NCBI RefSeq assembly: GCF_001457595.1 | Contig: NZ_LN831039.1 | Span: 300,001 to 332,000, forward strand | Reading direction: 5' to 3' | DNA: 32,000 nucleotides | DNA from: Mycolicibacterium smegmatis | GTDB taxonomy: Bacteria > Actinomycetota > Actinomycetes > Mycobacteriales > Mycobacteriaceae | Shown here: positions 1 through 9,225 of the stretch, piece after piece | Layout of the letters: each line of letters starts with the position of its first letter | Numbering within the stretch: position 1 is the first letter of the stretch | Translations under genes and position numbers: made by a program | Notes under the pieces: model-generated | The model's input: only the letters and a program-made list of their open reading frames with translations | Told to the model about the DNA's origin: nothing | Database searches by the model: none

Positions 1-147
1 AGCCTGAACTGAATCGTTCCTGTGAGTGATCGGACAGACAACTGGCTCACGGCTCATATGTGACCCGCGTTAACCTCTACCCAAGGGGCAGCCGTAACCG
101 CGTTGTGACGTGGCTTGGGTTCCAGAAAACCTACGCAGGAGAATTCA

Positions 148-1974
148 ATGACCTCAGCGACCATTCCGGGTTTGGACACCGCACCGACTAAACATCAGGG
201 ACTGCTGGCGTGGGTCCAGGAGGTTGCGGAGCTGACGCAGCCGGATCGGGTGGTGTTCGCCGACGGCTCCGACGAGGAGTACGAGCGGCTGTGCGCCCAC
301 CTCGTCGAGGCCGGCACCTTCCAGAAGCTCAATCCCGAGAAGCAGCCCAATTCGTACCTCGCGCTTTCCGATCCGTCCGACGTCGCGCGTGTCGAATCCC
401 GCACCTTCATCTGCACCGAGCGTGAGATCGACGCGGGTCCGACCAACAACTGGATGGACCCGGCCGAGATGCGCGGCATCATGACCGACCTGTACCGGGG
501 CTCGATGCGCGGCCGCACGCTCTACGTGGTCCCGTTCTGCATGGGCCCGCTGGATGCCGAGGACCCCAAGCTCGGCGTCGAGATCACCGACTCGGAATAC
601 GTCGTCGTCTCGATGCGCACCATGACCCGCATGGGCCGGGCCGCGCTGGACAAGCTCGGTGACGACGGCTTCTTCGTCAAGGCCCTGCACTCGATCGGCG
701 CTCCGCTCGAGCCCGGTCAGAAAGACGTGCCATGGCCGTGCAACGACACCAAGTACATCACCCACTTCCCCGAGACCCGTGAGATCTGGAGCTTCGGCTC
801 GGGCTACGGCGGCAACGCGCTGCTGGGCAAGAAGTGCTACTCGCTGCGCATCGCGTCGGCCATGGCCCACGACGAGGGCTGGCTCGCCGAGCACATGCTG
901 ATCCTCAAGCTGATCAGCCCCGAGAACAAGGCGTACTTCATCGCCGCGGCGTTCCCGTCGGCGTGCGGCAAGACCAACCTCGCGATGCTGCAGCCCACCA
1001 TTGAAGGCTGGCGCGCCGAGACCGTCGGCGACGACATCGCGTGGATGCGCTTCGGCAAGGACGGCCGCCTGTATGCGACCAACCCCGAGTTCGGCTTCTT
1101 CGGCGTCGCGCCCGGCACCAACTGGTCGTCGAACCCCAACGCCATGAAGACCATCGCCGCGGGCAACACCGTGTTCACCAACGTCGCCAAGACCGACGAC
1201 GGTGACGTGTGGTGGGAGGGCCTCGAGGGCGACCCGCAGCACCTCATCGACTGGAAGGGCAACGACTGGACGCCGGAGTCCGGTGAGAAGGCCGCCCACC
1301 CCAACTCGCGGTACTGCACCCCGATCTCGCAGTGCCCGACGCTGGCGCCCGAGTGGGACGACCCGCAGGGTGTGCCGATCTCGGCGATCCTGTTCGGCGG
1401 CCGCCGCAAGACCACGGTCCCGCTGATCACCGAGGCCCGCGACTGGCAGCACGGCGTGTTCATCGGTGCCACCCTGGGTTCGGAGCAGACCGCCGCAGCC
1501 GAGGGCAAGGTGGGCACCGTGCGCCGCGACCCGATGGCCATGCTGCCGTTCCTGGGCTACAACGTCGGTGACTACTTCGCGCACTGGATCAACGTGGGCA
1601 AGAACGCCGACGAGTCCAAGCTGCCCAAGGTGTTCTTCGTCAACTGGTTCCGTCGCGGCGACGACGGCCGCTTCCTGTGGCCGGGCTTCGGCGAGAACAG
1701 CCGCGTGCTCAAATGGGCCGTCGAGCGCATCGAGCACAAGGCCGACGGCAAGAGCACCCCGATCGGCATCGTGCCGACCGCGGCCGACCTCGACCTCGAA
1801 GGCCTCGATGTGGACCCCGCCGACGTTGACGAGGCGCTCGCCGTCAAGCCCGAGGAGTGGCGTGCCGAGCTCCCGTTGATCGAGGAGTGGTTCGAGTTCG
1901 TCGGTGAGAAGCTGCCGACCGGCCTCAAGGACGAGTTCGACGCGCTCAAGCACCGCCTGTCCGAAGAGGGCTAA
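148..1974 (+). CDS. pckG: Phosphoenolpyruvate carboxykinase (GTP)
   Basis: ORF 115..1974. In-frame ATG at 148 preceded by caggagaattc; P-loop motif [33 protein letters not shown] and [15 protein letters not shown] are typical of GTP-PEPCK. Confidence 0.97.
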   Translation: MTSATIPGLDTAPTKHQGLLAWVQEVAELTQPDRVVFADGSDEEYERLCAHLVEAGTFQKLNPEKQPNSYLALSDPSDVARVESRTFICTEREIDAGPTNNWMDPAEMRGIMTDLYRGSMRGRTLYVVPFCMGPLDAEDPKLGVEITDSEYVVVSMRTMTRMGRAALDKLGDDGFFVKALHSIGAPLEPGQKDVPWPCNDTKYITHFPETREIWSFGSGYGGNALLGKKCYSLRIASAMAHDEGWLAEHMLILKLISPENKAYFIAAAFPSACGKTNLAMLQPTIEGWRAETVGDDIAWMRFGKDGRLYATNPEFGFFGVAPGTNWSSNPNAMKTIAAGNTVFTNVAKTDDGDVWWEGLEGDPQHLIDWKGNDWTPESGEKAAHPNSRYCTPISQCPTLAPEWDDPQGVPISAILFGGRRKTTVPLITEARDWQHGVFIGATLGSEQTAAAEGKVGTVRRDPMAMLPFLGYNVGDYFAHWINVGKNADESKLPKVFFVNWFRRGDDGRFLWPGFGENSRVLKWAVERIEHKADGKSTPIGIVPTAADLDLEGLDVDPADVDEALAVKPEEWRAELPLIEEWFEFVGEKLPTGLKDEFDALKHRLSEEG

Positions 1975-1983
1975 CCGCTTTTT

Positions 1984-2046
1984 CGTCGAGCCTGTAGTTA
2001 CCGTGCAAAAGTGCGAGTGCCGCACACGGTAACTACAGGCTCGACG
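1984..2046. repeat. Long perfect inverted repeat (22-bp arms, 19-nt loop with inner hairpin) between pckG and the next gene
   Basis: Left arm CGTCGAGCCTGTAGTTACCGTG (1984-2005), right arm CACGGTAACTACAGGCTCGACG (2025-2046), exact reverse complements. Loop region contains GTGCG-AGTGC-CGCAC (2011-2025). No T-tract follows. Confidence 0.9.
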
Positions 2047-2089
2047 CATTTCCGGCGGGCTTGTCGGCCCCTGCTGTGACGATGCGGGC

Positions 2090-2992
2090 ATGCGACAGCT
2101 GATCGTCGGCAGTCAGGCCCTGGCAGAGGGCACCGTCACCGAGCACGAGCTGCGCCGTTGGTACCGCAGGATGTACCGCGACATCTACATCCCGGCGGGA
2201 TACACGCCGACGCTGATCGACCACATCGACGGCGCCTGGCTGCGGTCAGGCCGCCAGGGCATCGTCGCGGGCGTCGCGGCGTCGGCGTTGTTCGGGGCCG
2301 ACTGGGTGGACGCCGGGATCGCGGTGGAGATGGTGTGGGACAACACCCGCCCGCCGCGGGGGATCATTGCGCGCGACGAGCGCACCGAGGACGACGAGAT
2401 CACCACCGCGCAGTGCATCACTGTCACCACCCCCGCGCGCACTGCGTTCGACCTGGGACGTCACCTCCGGCGGAGCGAGGCACTGGCGCGGATGGACGCG
2501 CTGATGCGCGCGACGGCGTTCTCGCCCGACGACGTGGCCGCCCTCGCCGAGCGGTATCGCGGCGCGCGAGGGATCCGTCAACTGCGCGAGTTGCTGCCGC
2601 TCGTCGATGGCGGAGCCGAATCTCCCCGCGAGACGCGGACTCGGCTACTGCTTCTCGACGCGGGCTTTCCACGCCCGACGACGCAGATCCCGGCCGTGGA
2701 CGAGCGTGGCCGGTTGGTGCGCATGCTCGACATGGGGTGGGAAGAGTTCATGGTCGCGGCCGAGTACGACGGGGATCAACACCGCACGGAGCGCGCGCGG
2801 TACGTCAAGGACATCCGAGTGTGGCCGAAACTGCGGGAATTGGGGTGGGACGTGATCCGCGTGATCAAAGAGGACCGCGACAGTGACGTCCTGCAGCGGG
2901 TGCACCGGGCGCTGGTCGCGCGGGGCTGGGACGGAAAACTGCTGCCCCGCCTCAGATCCTTACAAGATCGACGCATTTCGCGGCCCACTTGA
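2090..2992 (+). CDS. Hypothetical protein with AbiEi-like N-terminal domain and DUF559/Vsr-like (PD-(D/E)XK-type) C-terminal domain
   Basis: 300 aa. N-terminus VTEHELRRWYRRMYRDIYIP...GWEEF; C-terminus SPRETRTRLLLLDAGFPRPTTQIP...EYDGDQHRTERARYVKDIRVWPKLRELGWDVIRV resembles DUF559-type endonuclease-fold proteins common in mycobacteria. Fold assignment by pattern only. Confidence 0.75.
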   Translation: MRQLIVGSQALAEGTVTEHELRRWYRRMYRDIYIPAGYTPTLIDHIDGAWLRSGRQGIVAGVAASALFGADWVDAGIAVEMVWDNTRPPRGIIARDERTEDDEITTAQCITVTTPARTAFDLGRHLRRSEALARMDALMRATAFSPDDVAALAERYRGARGIRQLRELLPLVDGGAESPRETRTRLLLLDAGFPRPTTQIPAVDERGRLVRMLDMGWEEFMVAAEYDGDQHRTERARYVKDIRVWPKLRELGWDVIRVIKEDRDSDVLQRVHRALVARGWDGKLLPRLRSLQDRRISRPT

Positions 2993-3006
2993 CACCCGTC
3001 AAGTGG
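2985..3006. promoter_or_regulatory. Candidate operator/promoter upstream of the acyl-CoA synthetase gene
   Basis: Perfect inverted repeat CCACTTGAC-ACCC-GTCAAGTGG. It contains a -35-like TTGACA (2989-2994) and lies 20 bp upstream of the ATG. Confidence 0.5.
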
Positions 3007-3025
3007 CGCCGGTTACAGTCTGGTC

Positions 3026-4540
3026 ATGCAGATCCGCGAGCACGTTGGCGCGAACAAGCCCGCCATCATCCTCTACCCGTCTGGAACCGTCGTCACCTTC
3101 GATGAGCTCGAGGCGCGCGCGAACCGCCTGGCGCACCATTTCCGCAACCAGGGCCTGCAAGAGGGTGACGTCGTCGCGATCCTGATGGAGAACAACTCCC
3201 ACATCCACACGGTGATGTGGGCCGCGCGGCGCAGCGGGCTGTACTACGTCCCGATCAGCACGCACCTGACCGCTGCCGAGGCCGCGTACATCGTCGACAA
3301 CAGCGGCGCCAAGGCGATCGTGGGCTCGGCGAAGATGCGCGACGTCCTCGCGGGCCTCGGCGACGAACTCCCCAACGGTCTGCCGGACACGCTGCTCATC
3401 GCCGACGGGGATCTCGACGGCTGGCTGCGTTACCCCGAGGCCGTCGCCGATCTGCCCGACACCCCGATCGACGACGAACTCGACGGCGATCTGCTGCAGT
3501 ACTCGTCGGGCACGACGGGCCGGCCCAAGGGCATCAAACGTGAACTGCCGCATGTGCATCCGTCGGAGAACCCGGGCATGATGGCGGCGCTGATCAGCTT
3601 CTGGATGACGCCCGACTCGGTGTACCTGAGCCCCGCCCCGCTGTACCATACGGCGCCGTCGGTGTGGTCCATGCAGGTGCAGGCGGCCGGCCACACGACG
3701 GTGGTGATGGAGAAGTTCGACGCAGAAGGCTGCCTCGAAGCGATCCAGAAGCACCGCGTGACGCACGGTCAGTTCGTGCCGGCGATGTTCACCCGCATGC
3801 TGAAACTCCCTGAGTCCGTGCGCAACTCGTACGACGTGTCCAGCCTCAAGCGCGTCATGCACGCCGCCGCGCCGTGCCCGGTCGACATCAAGAAGCAGAT
3901 GATCGACTGGTGGGGCCCGATCGTCGACGAGTACTACGCGTCCTCGGAGGCCATCGGCGCGACGCTGATCACGGCCGAGGAGTGGCTGAAGCATCCCGGT
4001 TCGGTGGGCAAGCCGCTGACCGGCATCGTGCATGTCCTCGACGAGGACGGCAACGAACTGCCGCCCGGGCAGGCCGGCGAGATCTTCTTCGAGGGCGGGC
4101 AGGACTTCGAGTACCTCAACGACGCCGAGAAGACGGCATCCTCACGCGACGCGCGTGGCTGGAAGACCGTGGGCGACATCGGGTATCTCGACGAGGAGGG
4201 CTACCTCTACCTCACCGACCGCCGGCACCACATGATCATCTCGGGCGGGGTGAACATCTACCCGCAGGAAGCCGAGAACATGCTGGTCACGCACCCCAAG
4301 GTGATGGACGCCGCGGTGTTCGGTGTCCCCGACGACGAGATGGGGCAGAGCGTCAAGGGTGTGGTGCAGACGGTCGACCCGGCCGATGCCACACCGGAAT
4401 TCGGCGAGGAACTGCTTGCCTGGCTGCGGGACCGGCTCGCGCACTACAAGTGCCCGCGCTCGATCTCGTTCGAGCTGCAGCTGCCCCGCACCGACACCGG
4501 CAAGCTGTACAAGCAGGAGCTCATCGCGAAATATTCGTGA
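3026..4540 (+). CDS. fadD4: Acyl-CoA synthetase (AMP-binding, FadD4-like)
   Basis: 504 aa. YSSGTTGRPKGIKR, GWKTVGDIGYLDEEGYLYLTDRRHHMIISGGVNIYPQE and C-terminal PRTDTGKLYK are ANL superfamily motifs; position near pckG agrees with the M. tuberculosis Rv0211-Rv0214 arrangement. Exact orthology inferred. Confidence 0.85.
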   Translation: MQIREHVGANKPAIILYPSGTVVTFDELEARANRLAHHFRNQGLQEGDVVAILMENNSHIHTVMWAARRSGLYYVPISTHLTAAEAAYIVDNSGAKAIVGSAKMRDVLAGLGDELPNGLPDTLLIADGDLDGWLRYPEAVADLPDTPIDDELDGDLLQYSSGTTGRPKGIKRELPHVHPSENPGMMAALISFWMTPDSVYLSPAPLYHTAPSVWSMQVQAAGHTTVVMEKFDAEGCLEAIQKHRVTHGQFVPAMFTRMLKLPESVRNSYDVSSLKRVMHAAAPCPVDIKKQMIDWWGPIVDEYYASSEAIGATLITAEEWLKHPGSVGKPLTGIVHVLDEDGNELPPGQAGEIFFEGGQDFEYLNDAEKTASSRDARGWKTVGDIGYLDEEGYLYLTDRRHHMIISGGVNIYPQEAENMLVTHPKVMDAAVFGVPDDEMGQSVKGVVQTVDPADATPEFGEELLAWLRDRLAHYKCPRSISFELQLPRTDTGKLYKQELIAKYS

Positions 4541-4541
4541 T

Positions 4542-5456
4542 GTGATCGAACTGCCCGGCGGCATCCGGATCGGCCTGACCACCGACGTCGATGATGACGA
4601 CGAACTCGACGACGCGACGTTCACGTTGAGTGAGGCCGCCACCGACGACCCCAGGGTCGTCACGGTGGCCTCGATCGCCGAGACCCTCGCGCTGCTCACC
4701 GATCGGTGCGAACGCCGGCCGCAGACCGCGGCCGTGTGCGACGACGTGCTGCGTGGTTTCGACCCGGACGCCTCGACGTTCAGCGGGGTCATCACCGAAT
4801 CACTCGCGTACTCGACGCTGCAGGCCGGTGCGGAGTTCGCCCGCTGGCTCGACGAGCGCGGTCCCGCGACCGTGCCGCAGCTGCCGGACCCGGTGCAGGC
4901 CAATCGTGACGGCAACACGCTGCACGTCCGGTTCAACCGGCCGCAGCGTCACAATGCGTTCTCCACCGATGCCCGCGCCGCGCTGCTGGAGGCCCTCGAG
5001 GTGGCCCGTCTCGATTCTTCGGTCGACGAGGTCGTCCTCGGCGGCAACGGCCGGAGCTTCTGCAGCGGAGGCGATCTCGCCGAGTTCGGGTCGTTCGCCG
5101 ATCCGGCCACCGCACACCTCGCGCGGACCAGACACAGCCCGGCACTGGTGCTCGACGAGTTGACGGCCCGCCTCGGCAGGCGCTGCCGCGCACACGTGCA
5201 CGGCCAGGTGCTGGGCAGCGGCCTGGAGATGGCGTGCTTCTGCGGCCGGGTGAGCTGCGACCCGGACGCGACGCTCGGCCTGCCCGAACTGGCGCTGGGC
5301 CTGATCCCGGGGGCGGGCGGAACCGTGAGCATCACGCGCCGGATCGGCCGTTGGCGCACAGCGTATCTGGTGCTCTCGGGCCGCACGATCGATCCCATGA
5401 CGGCGCTGTCGTGGGGTCTGGTCGACGAGATCGTCAGCGTTGCCGCGCCGGCCTGA
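4542..5456 (+). CDS. Enoyl-CoA hydratase/isomerase (crotonase) family protein with N-terminal extension
   Basis: Part of ORF 4323..5456; GTG start at 4542 follows the FadD stop directly. FNRPQRHNAFSTDARAALLEAL, GRSFCSGGDLAEFG, LGLIPGAGGT crotonase motifs. Confidence 0.85.
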   Translation: MIELPGGIRIGLTTDVDDDDELDDATFTLSEAATDDPRVVTVASIAETLALLTDRCERRPQTAAVCDDVLRGFDPDASTFSGVITESLAYSTLQAGAEFARWLDERGPATVPQLPDPVQANRDGNTLHVRFNRPQRHNAFSTDARAALLEALEVARLDSSVDEVVLGGNGRSFCSGGDLAEFGSFADPATAHLARTRHSPALVLDELTARLGRRCRAHVHGQVLGSGLEMACFCGRVSCDPDATLGLPELALGLIPGAGGTVSITRRIGRWRTAYLVLSGRTIDPMTALSWGLVDEIVSVAAPA

Positions 5457-6147
5457 CGATCACCTCGTTGACGTCGACGTCCGCGGGCTCGTTGACGGCG
5501 TAGGAGACCGCGCGGGCGATCGCATCGGGCGGAATCGACTCGGCCCGGTAGATTTCCATGGCCTTCGCGGCGTCGGGATCGGTGATCGTGTGCGCCAGTT
5601 CGGATTCCACGACGCCGGGCGAAATCGTGGTGACACGGATCGAGGGGTCGAGTTCCAGTCGCAAACCTTCGGTGATCGCCCACGCGGCGTGCTTGGTGGC
5701 ACAGTAGACCGCACCGGTGGGCACCACCTGGTGCGCGCCGATCGACGCCATCGTGACGAAGTGGCCGTGCCCCTGGCGCTGGAAATGCGGTAGCGCCGCG
5801 GCGATGCCGTTGAGCAGGCCGCGGACGTTGACGTCGATCATGGTGTCCCACTCGTCGACCAGCAGTGCGTCCATCCGTGACAGCGGCATCACGCCCGCGT
5901 TGTTGACGATCGCGTCGATGCGTCCGTGCTCGCTGACCGTCTCGTCGACGAATGCGGCCATGTCGGCGCGGTCGGTCACGTCGACACGGCGGACGTGCAG
6001 GTTCTCGCGTTTCAGTGTGGCCAGCCGGTCGGCGCGCCGGGCGCCGCCGACCACCTGATGCCCTTCGCCGGCCAGGCGGACCGCGACCGCTTCACCGATT
6101 CCACTCGTCACGCCCGTGACCAGGATGATCTTCTTCTTCTCACTCAT
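5434..6147 (-). CDS. Short-chain dehydrogenase/reductase
   Basis: C-terminal part of minus ORF 5434..7680, start ATG at 6147. VTGVTSGIGEAVAVRL, NNAGVMPLS, YCATKHA motifs. Confidence 0.9.
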   Translation of the reverse strand: MSEKKKIILVTGVTSGIGEAVAVRLAGEGHQVVGGARRADRLATLKRENLHVRRVDVTDRADMAAFVDETVSEHGRIDAIVNNAGVMPLSRMDALLVDEWDTMIDVNVRGLLNGIAAALPHFQRQGHGHFVTMASIGAHQVVPTGAVYCATKHAAWAITEGLRLELDPSIRVTTISPGVVESELAHTITDPDAAKAMEIYRAESIPPDAIARAVSYAVNEPADVDVNEVIVRPARQR

Positions 6148-6228
6148 GCATCCAGCGTCACGGCCGCGAACCTGGGCCACCAGGATGCGACGTTCCTGGG
6201 TGCGCTGCACCCCCCAAACGGCCCCGTA

Positions 6229-6242
6229 CGGTGTCGACACCG
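6229..6242. promoter_or_regulatory. Candidate operator in SDR/regulator divergent intergenic region
   Basis: Perfect 14-bp palindrome CGGTGTCGACACCG, 16 bp before the regulator ATG. Confidence 0.5.
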
Positions 6243-6258
6243 CGCCTAAAGTGTGAAC

Positions 6259-7074
6259 ATGACCGATCTGGGCGACTACCTGCGCAGTCGACGCGCACTG
6301 GTCACCCCGGCCGACGTCGGGCTGCCTGCTGTCGGGCACCGCCGCGTGCCCGGGTTGCGCCGCGAAGAGGTGGCGTTGCTCGCCGGCCTGAGCGTCGACT
6401 ACTACATCCGGCTCGAGCAGGGCCGGGAACGTTCCCCGTCGGCTCAGGTACTGGAGGCGCTCGCGGCGGTGTTGCGGCTCGACGAGGACGGGCGCCGGCA
6501 CCTGTTCGCGGTCGCCGGGCTGACCCCGCGGATGCGGCTCGCCCCGGTGCCCGACCGGGTGGACCCGGCGTTGATGCGGCTCATGGCGGCCTGGCCCGAC
6601 AACCCGGCTCTGGTGTACAACCGCGCCTACGACCTGCTGGCCTCCAACACGCTGGCGGATGCCCTGTACGACGGCATCCTGCACGACAACATGCTGCTGA
6701 TGGTGTTCACCGAACCGCGGGCTCGCGAGCTGTACGCCGACTGGCCGGTGATCTCCGCCGACGCGGTTGCCGGATTCCGCATGAACCACGGCATCGCCCC
6801 GCACGATCCGCGCATCGACGCGGTGCTGAAAGAACTGCTCGACCGCAGCGCGGAGTTCGGCGAGTTGTGGGCCAGGCACGACGCCCGGGGGAAGTCCGCC
6901 ACGGTCAAGAGCTTCCGGCATCCACAGGTGGGCGCCCTGACCCTGCAGATGCAGACGTTCGACGTGCGGTCCGCGCCCGGCCAGGAACTGGTGGTCTACC
7001 AGGCTGAGCCGGGTACGCCCAGCGCCGACGCGTTGAAGCTGTTGGGGAGTCTGGCTGCCACGGCAGACGCGTGA
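6259..7074 (+). CDS. Helix-turn-helix transcriptional regulator (XRE-type HTH with MmyB-like ligand-binding domain)
   Basis: RREEVALLAGLSVDYYIRLEQGRERSPSAQVLEALAAVLRLDEDGRRHLF is the characteristic N-terminus; C-terminus matches MLTR-type domains. ATG at 6259 (ORF opens at GTG 6253). Confidence 0.92.
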   Translation: MTDLGDYLRSRRALVTPADVGLPAVGHRRVPGLRREEVALLAGLSVDYYIRLEQGRERSPSAQVLEALAAVLRLDEDGRRHLFAVAGLTPRMRLAPVPDRVDPALMRLMAAWPDNPALVYNRAYDLLASNTLADALYDGILHDNMLLMVFTEPRARELYADWPVISADAVAGFRMNHGIAPHDPRIDAVLKELLDRSAEFGELWARHDARGKSATVKSFRHPQVGALTLQMQTFDVRSAPGQELVVYQAEPGTPSADALKLLGSLAATADA

Positions 7075-7089
7075 ATAGCATGTGAAGCC

Positions 7090-8082
7090 GTGACTGCACA
7101 TGGCCAGGCCTCCGGTGGTCCCTACTTCGACGATCTCAAGGTCGGGCAGGTCTTCGACACCGCGCCGTCGATGACGCTCACCGAGGGGGCCGCGGCGGCG
7201 CACCAGGCCGTCATCGGCGACCGTTTGCGCCTGTCGCTGGACGCCGAACTCTCCTCGGCGGTCACCGGAGAGCCGGGACCGCTCGCGCATCCGGCGCTGG
7301 TGTGCGACGTGGCCATCGGGCAGAGCACGCTGGTCACGCAGCGTGTGAAGGCCAACCTGTTCTACCGCGGCCTGGCGTTCCACAGGTTCCCGGTGATCGG
7401 TGACACCCTGACCACCCGCACCGAAGTCGTCGGACTCAAGCAGAACTCGAACAAACCGGGCCGGGCGCCGACAGGTCTGGCGGCGCTGCGGATGACGACC
7501 ACCGACCACAAGGACCGCCTGGTCCTCGACTTCTACCGCTGCGCGATGCTCCCGCTGTCCGAAAATGGCGGTGACACCGGGTATTCCGATGATCTGTCCG
7601 CGATCGGTGCCGACGCGTCGCCGACGCCGACAGCGCATTGGGACGCCGACGCCTACCGTGCGCGGGTGCCGGGACCGCATCTCGACGATCTACGTGACGA
7701 ACTGGCGGGTGCGGTGTTGCGCAGCACGGCCGACGTTGTCAGCAGCGCCCCCGAACTCGCCAGGCTGACGCTGAACATCGCTGCCACGCACCATGACTGG
7801 CGTTCCGGGGGCAGGCGCCTGGTGTACGGCGGGCACACCATCGGACTAGCGCTGGCGCAGGCCACCCGGTTGCTGCCGAACCTGGTGACCGTTCTGGGCT
7901 GGGAGTCCTGCGACCACACCGGACCCGTCCACGAGGGCGACACCGTGTTCAGCGAACTACATGTCGAATCGATCGAGGCGAATGTGGTGGGCCTGCGCTC
8001 GATCGTGTTCGCCGCGGGTGGGCCCGATGGTGGGGCCGACAGGCAGGTGCTCGACTGGCGGTTCAGTGCGCTGCTGTTCTGA
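7090..8082 (+). CDS. Double-hotdog MaoC-like dehydratase (Rv0216-like)
   Basis: 330 aa. GPYFDDLKVGQVFDTAPSMTLTEGAAAAHQAVIGDRLRLSLD and GDTLTTRTEVVGLK; a second repeat in the C-terminal half. Confidence 0.8.
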   Translation: MTAHGQASGGPYFDDLKVGQVFDTAPSMTLTEGAAAAHQAVIGDRLRLSLDAELSSAVTGEPGPLAHPALVCDVAIGQSTLVTQRVKANLFYRGLAFHRFPVIGDTLTTRTEVVGLKQNSNKPGRAPTGLAALRMTTTDHKDRLVLDFYRCAMLPLSENGGDTGYSDDLSAIGADASPTPTAHWDADAYRARVPGPHLDDLRDELAGAVLRSTADVVSSAPELARLTLNIAATHHDWRSGGRRLVYGGHTIGLALAQATRLLPNLVTVLGWESCDHTGPVHEGDTVFSELHVESIEANVVGLRSIVFAAGGPDGGADRQVLDWRFSALLF

Positions 8083-8118
8083 CCGCAACCCTTGCCGCAA
8101 ACCGGGGCGGCCTCGGCG

Positions 8119-9225
8119 ATGACCGGGATCTCGGGGGCCGTGGCGGCCCGTGCGCAGCAGGTGGCCGACGCGTTCGCCCGGATGACGGGTGTGGCCGTCG
8201 ATGCCCGGGTGCTGCTCACCGGTCGTGCCGCGCTGCTCGGTATGTGCCCGCAAGGGTGTATCTCGGCAGGTGGTGCGACGCATCTGTTTCCGTCGCGGAA
8301 GGGGACCTGGTGCGCGCTGACGTTGTCGCGACCTGACGATGTGGCCGCCGTGCCTGCCCTGGTGCAGGCCGACACCGTGGACGCCGACCCCTGGCCTGTG
8401 GTCGAGACCTGGGCGGCTGCGACCGAGGCGCACGCCATCACCGAGCGTGCGAGGCTGCTCGGCCTGCCCGCGGCGGTGCTCGGTGAGACAGTCCCTGCGG
8501 CGCCGCGCATCACCCGCATGTGGCCACGGGGAACAGGCAGGCCCTTGACCGGATTGCTGGTGGCCGATCTGTCCTCGATGTGGGCGGGACCGCTGTGCGG
8601 CCAGTTGCTGCGGCAGGCCGGTGCCACGGTGGTCAAGGTGGAAAGTCACGCCCGGCCCGACGGCACCCGCAACGGCCCGCAGGTGTTCTTCGATTGGATG
8701 AACCACGGAAAGCTCTCGTATGTCGCCGATTTCGGCGAACCCTCCGCGCTGGGGGCGCTGCTGGATGTCGCCGACGTCGTGATCGAGTCCTCGCGGCCCA
8801 CCGCACTGGTGCGGCGTGGTCTCGGCCCGGACGTGGTGGCATCGCGCGAAGGCCGGGTGTGGGTGCGGATCACCGGCCACGGCACCACCGGTGAGCACGC
8901 CGACTGGGTGGCCTTCGGCGACGACGCCGCGGTGTCCGGTGGCCTGGTCAAGAACCACCATGGCACACCAAGTTTCGCGGGCGACGCGATCGCCGACCCG
9001 CTCACCGGTCTGCACGCCGCACACGCGGTCGCCGAATCCCTCACGCGCGGTGGCGGGGACCTGATCGAGTTCGCGATGTCCGCGGTCGCCGCGACATACG
9101 CGGATCTGGCGACCACCGGTGCTGATATCGCCACCGTCGAGCCCGCATCTGCGCCGGCCGGGCCCGCCCTCGGCGCCGACAACGGCGCCGTGACGAGGCT
9201 GATCGCCGGGAGCCGGCCATGCTGA
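8119..9225 (+). CDS. CoA-transferase family III (CaiB/BaiF) protein
   Basis: ORF 8092..9225 (TTG start; ATG at 8119). LTGLLVADLSSMWAGPLCGQLLRQAGATVVKVESHARPDGTRNG and VIESSRPTALVRRGLG motifs. Confidence 0.8.
   Translation: MTGISGAVAARAQQVADAFARMTGVAVDARVLLTGRAALLGMCPQGCISAGGATHLFPSRKGTWCALTLSRPDDVAAVPALVQADTVDADPWPVVETWAAATEAHAITERARLLGLPAAVLGETVPAAPRITRMWPRGTGRPLTGLLVADLSSMWAGPLCGQLLRQAGATVVKVESHARPDGTRNGPQVFFDWMNHGKLSYVADFGEPSALGALLDVADVVIESSRPTALVRRGLGPDVVASREGRVWVRITGHGTTGEHADWVAFGDDAAVSGGLVKNHHGTPSFAGDAIADPLTGLHAAHAVAESLTRGGGDLIEFAMSAVAATYADLATTGADIATVEPASAPAGPALGADNGAVTRLIAGSRPC

Noticed and set aside
154-2091. 645-aa minus-strand ORF antisense to pckG
   Set aside because: Low-complexity Arg/His/Gly-rich translation typical of a GC-rich codon shadow; the opposite strand encodes a clear PEPCK.
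2999-4033. 344-aa minus ORF antisense to the acyl-CoA synthetase
   Set aside because: Shadow ORF with no recognisable motifs; plus strand is a clear ANL enzyme.
6148-7680. N-terminal part of the 748-aa minus ORF
   Set aside because: Only the C-terminal SDR part (5434..6147) has protein-like motifs; the rest is antisense to the MmyB-like regulator and hotdog gene.
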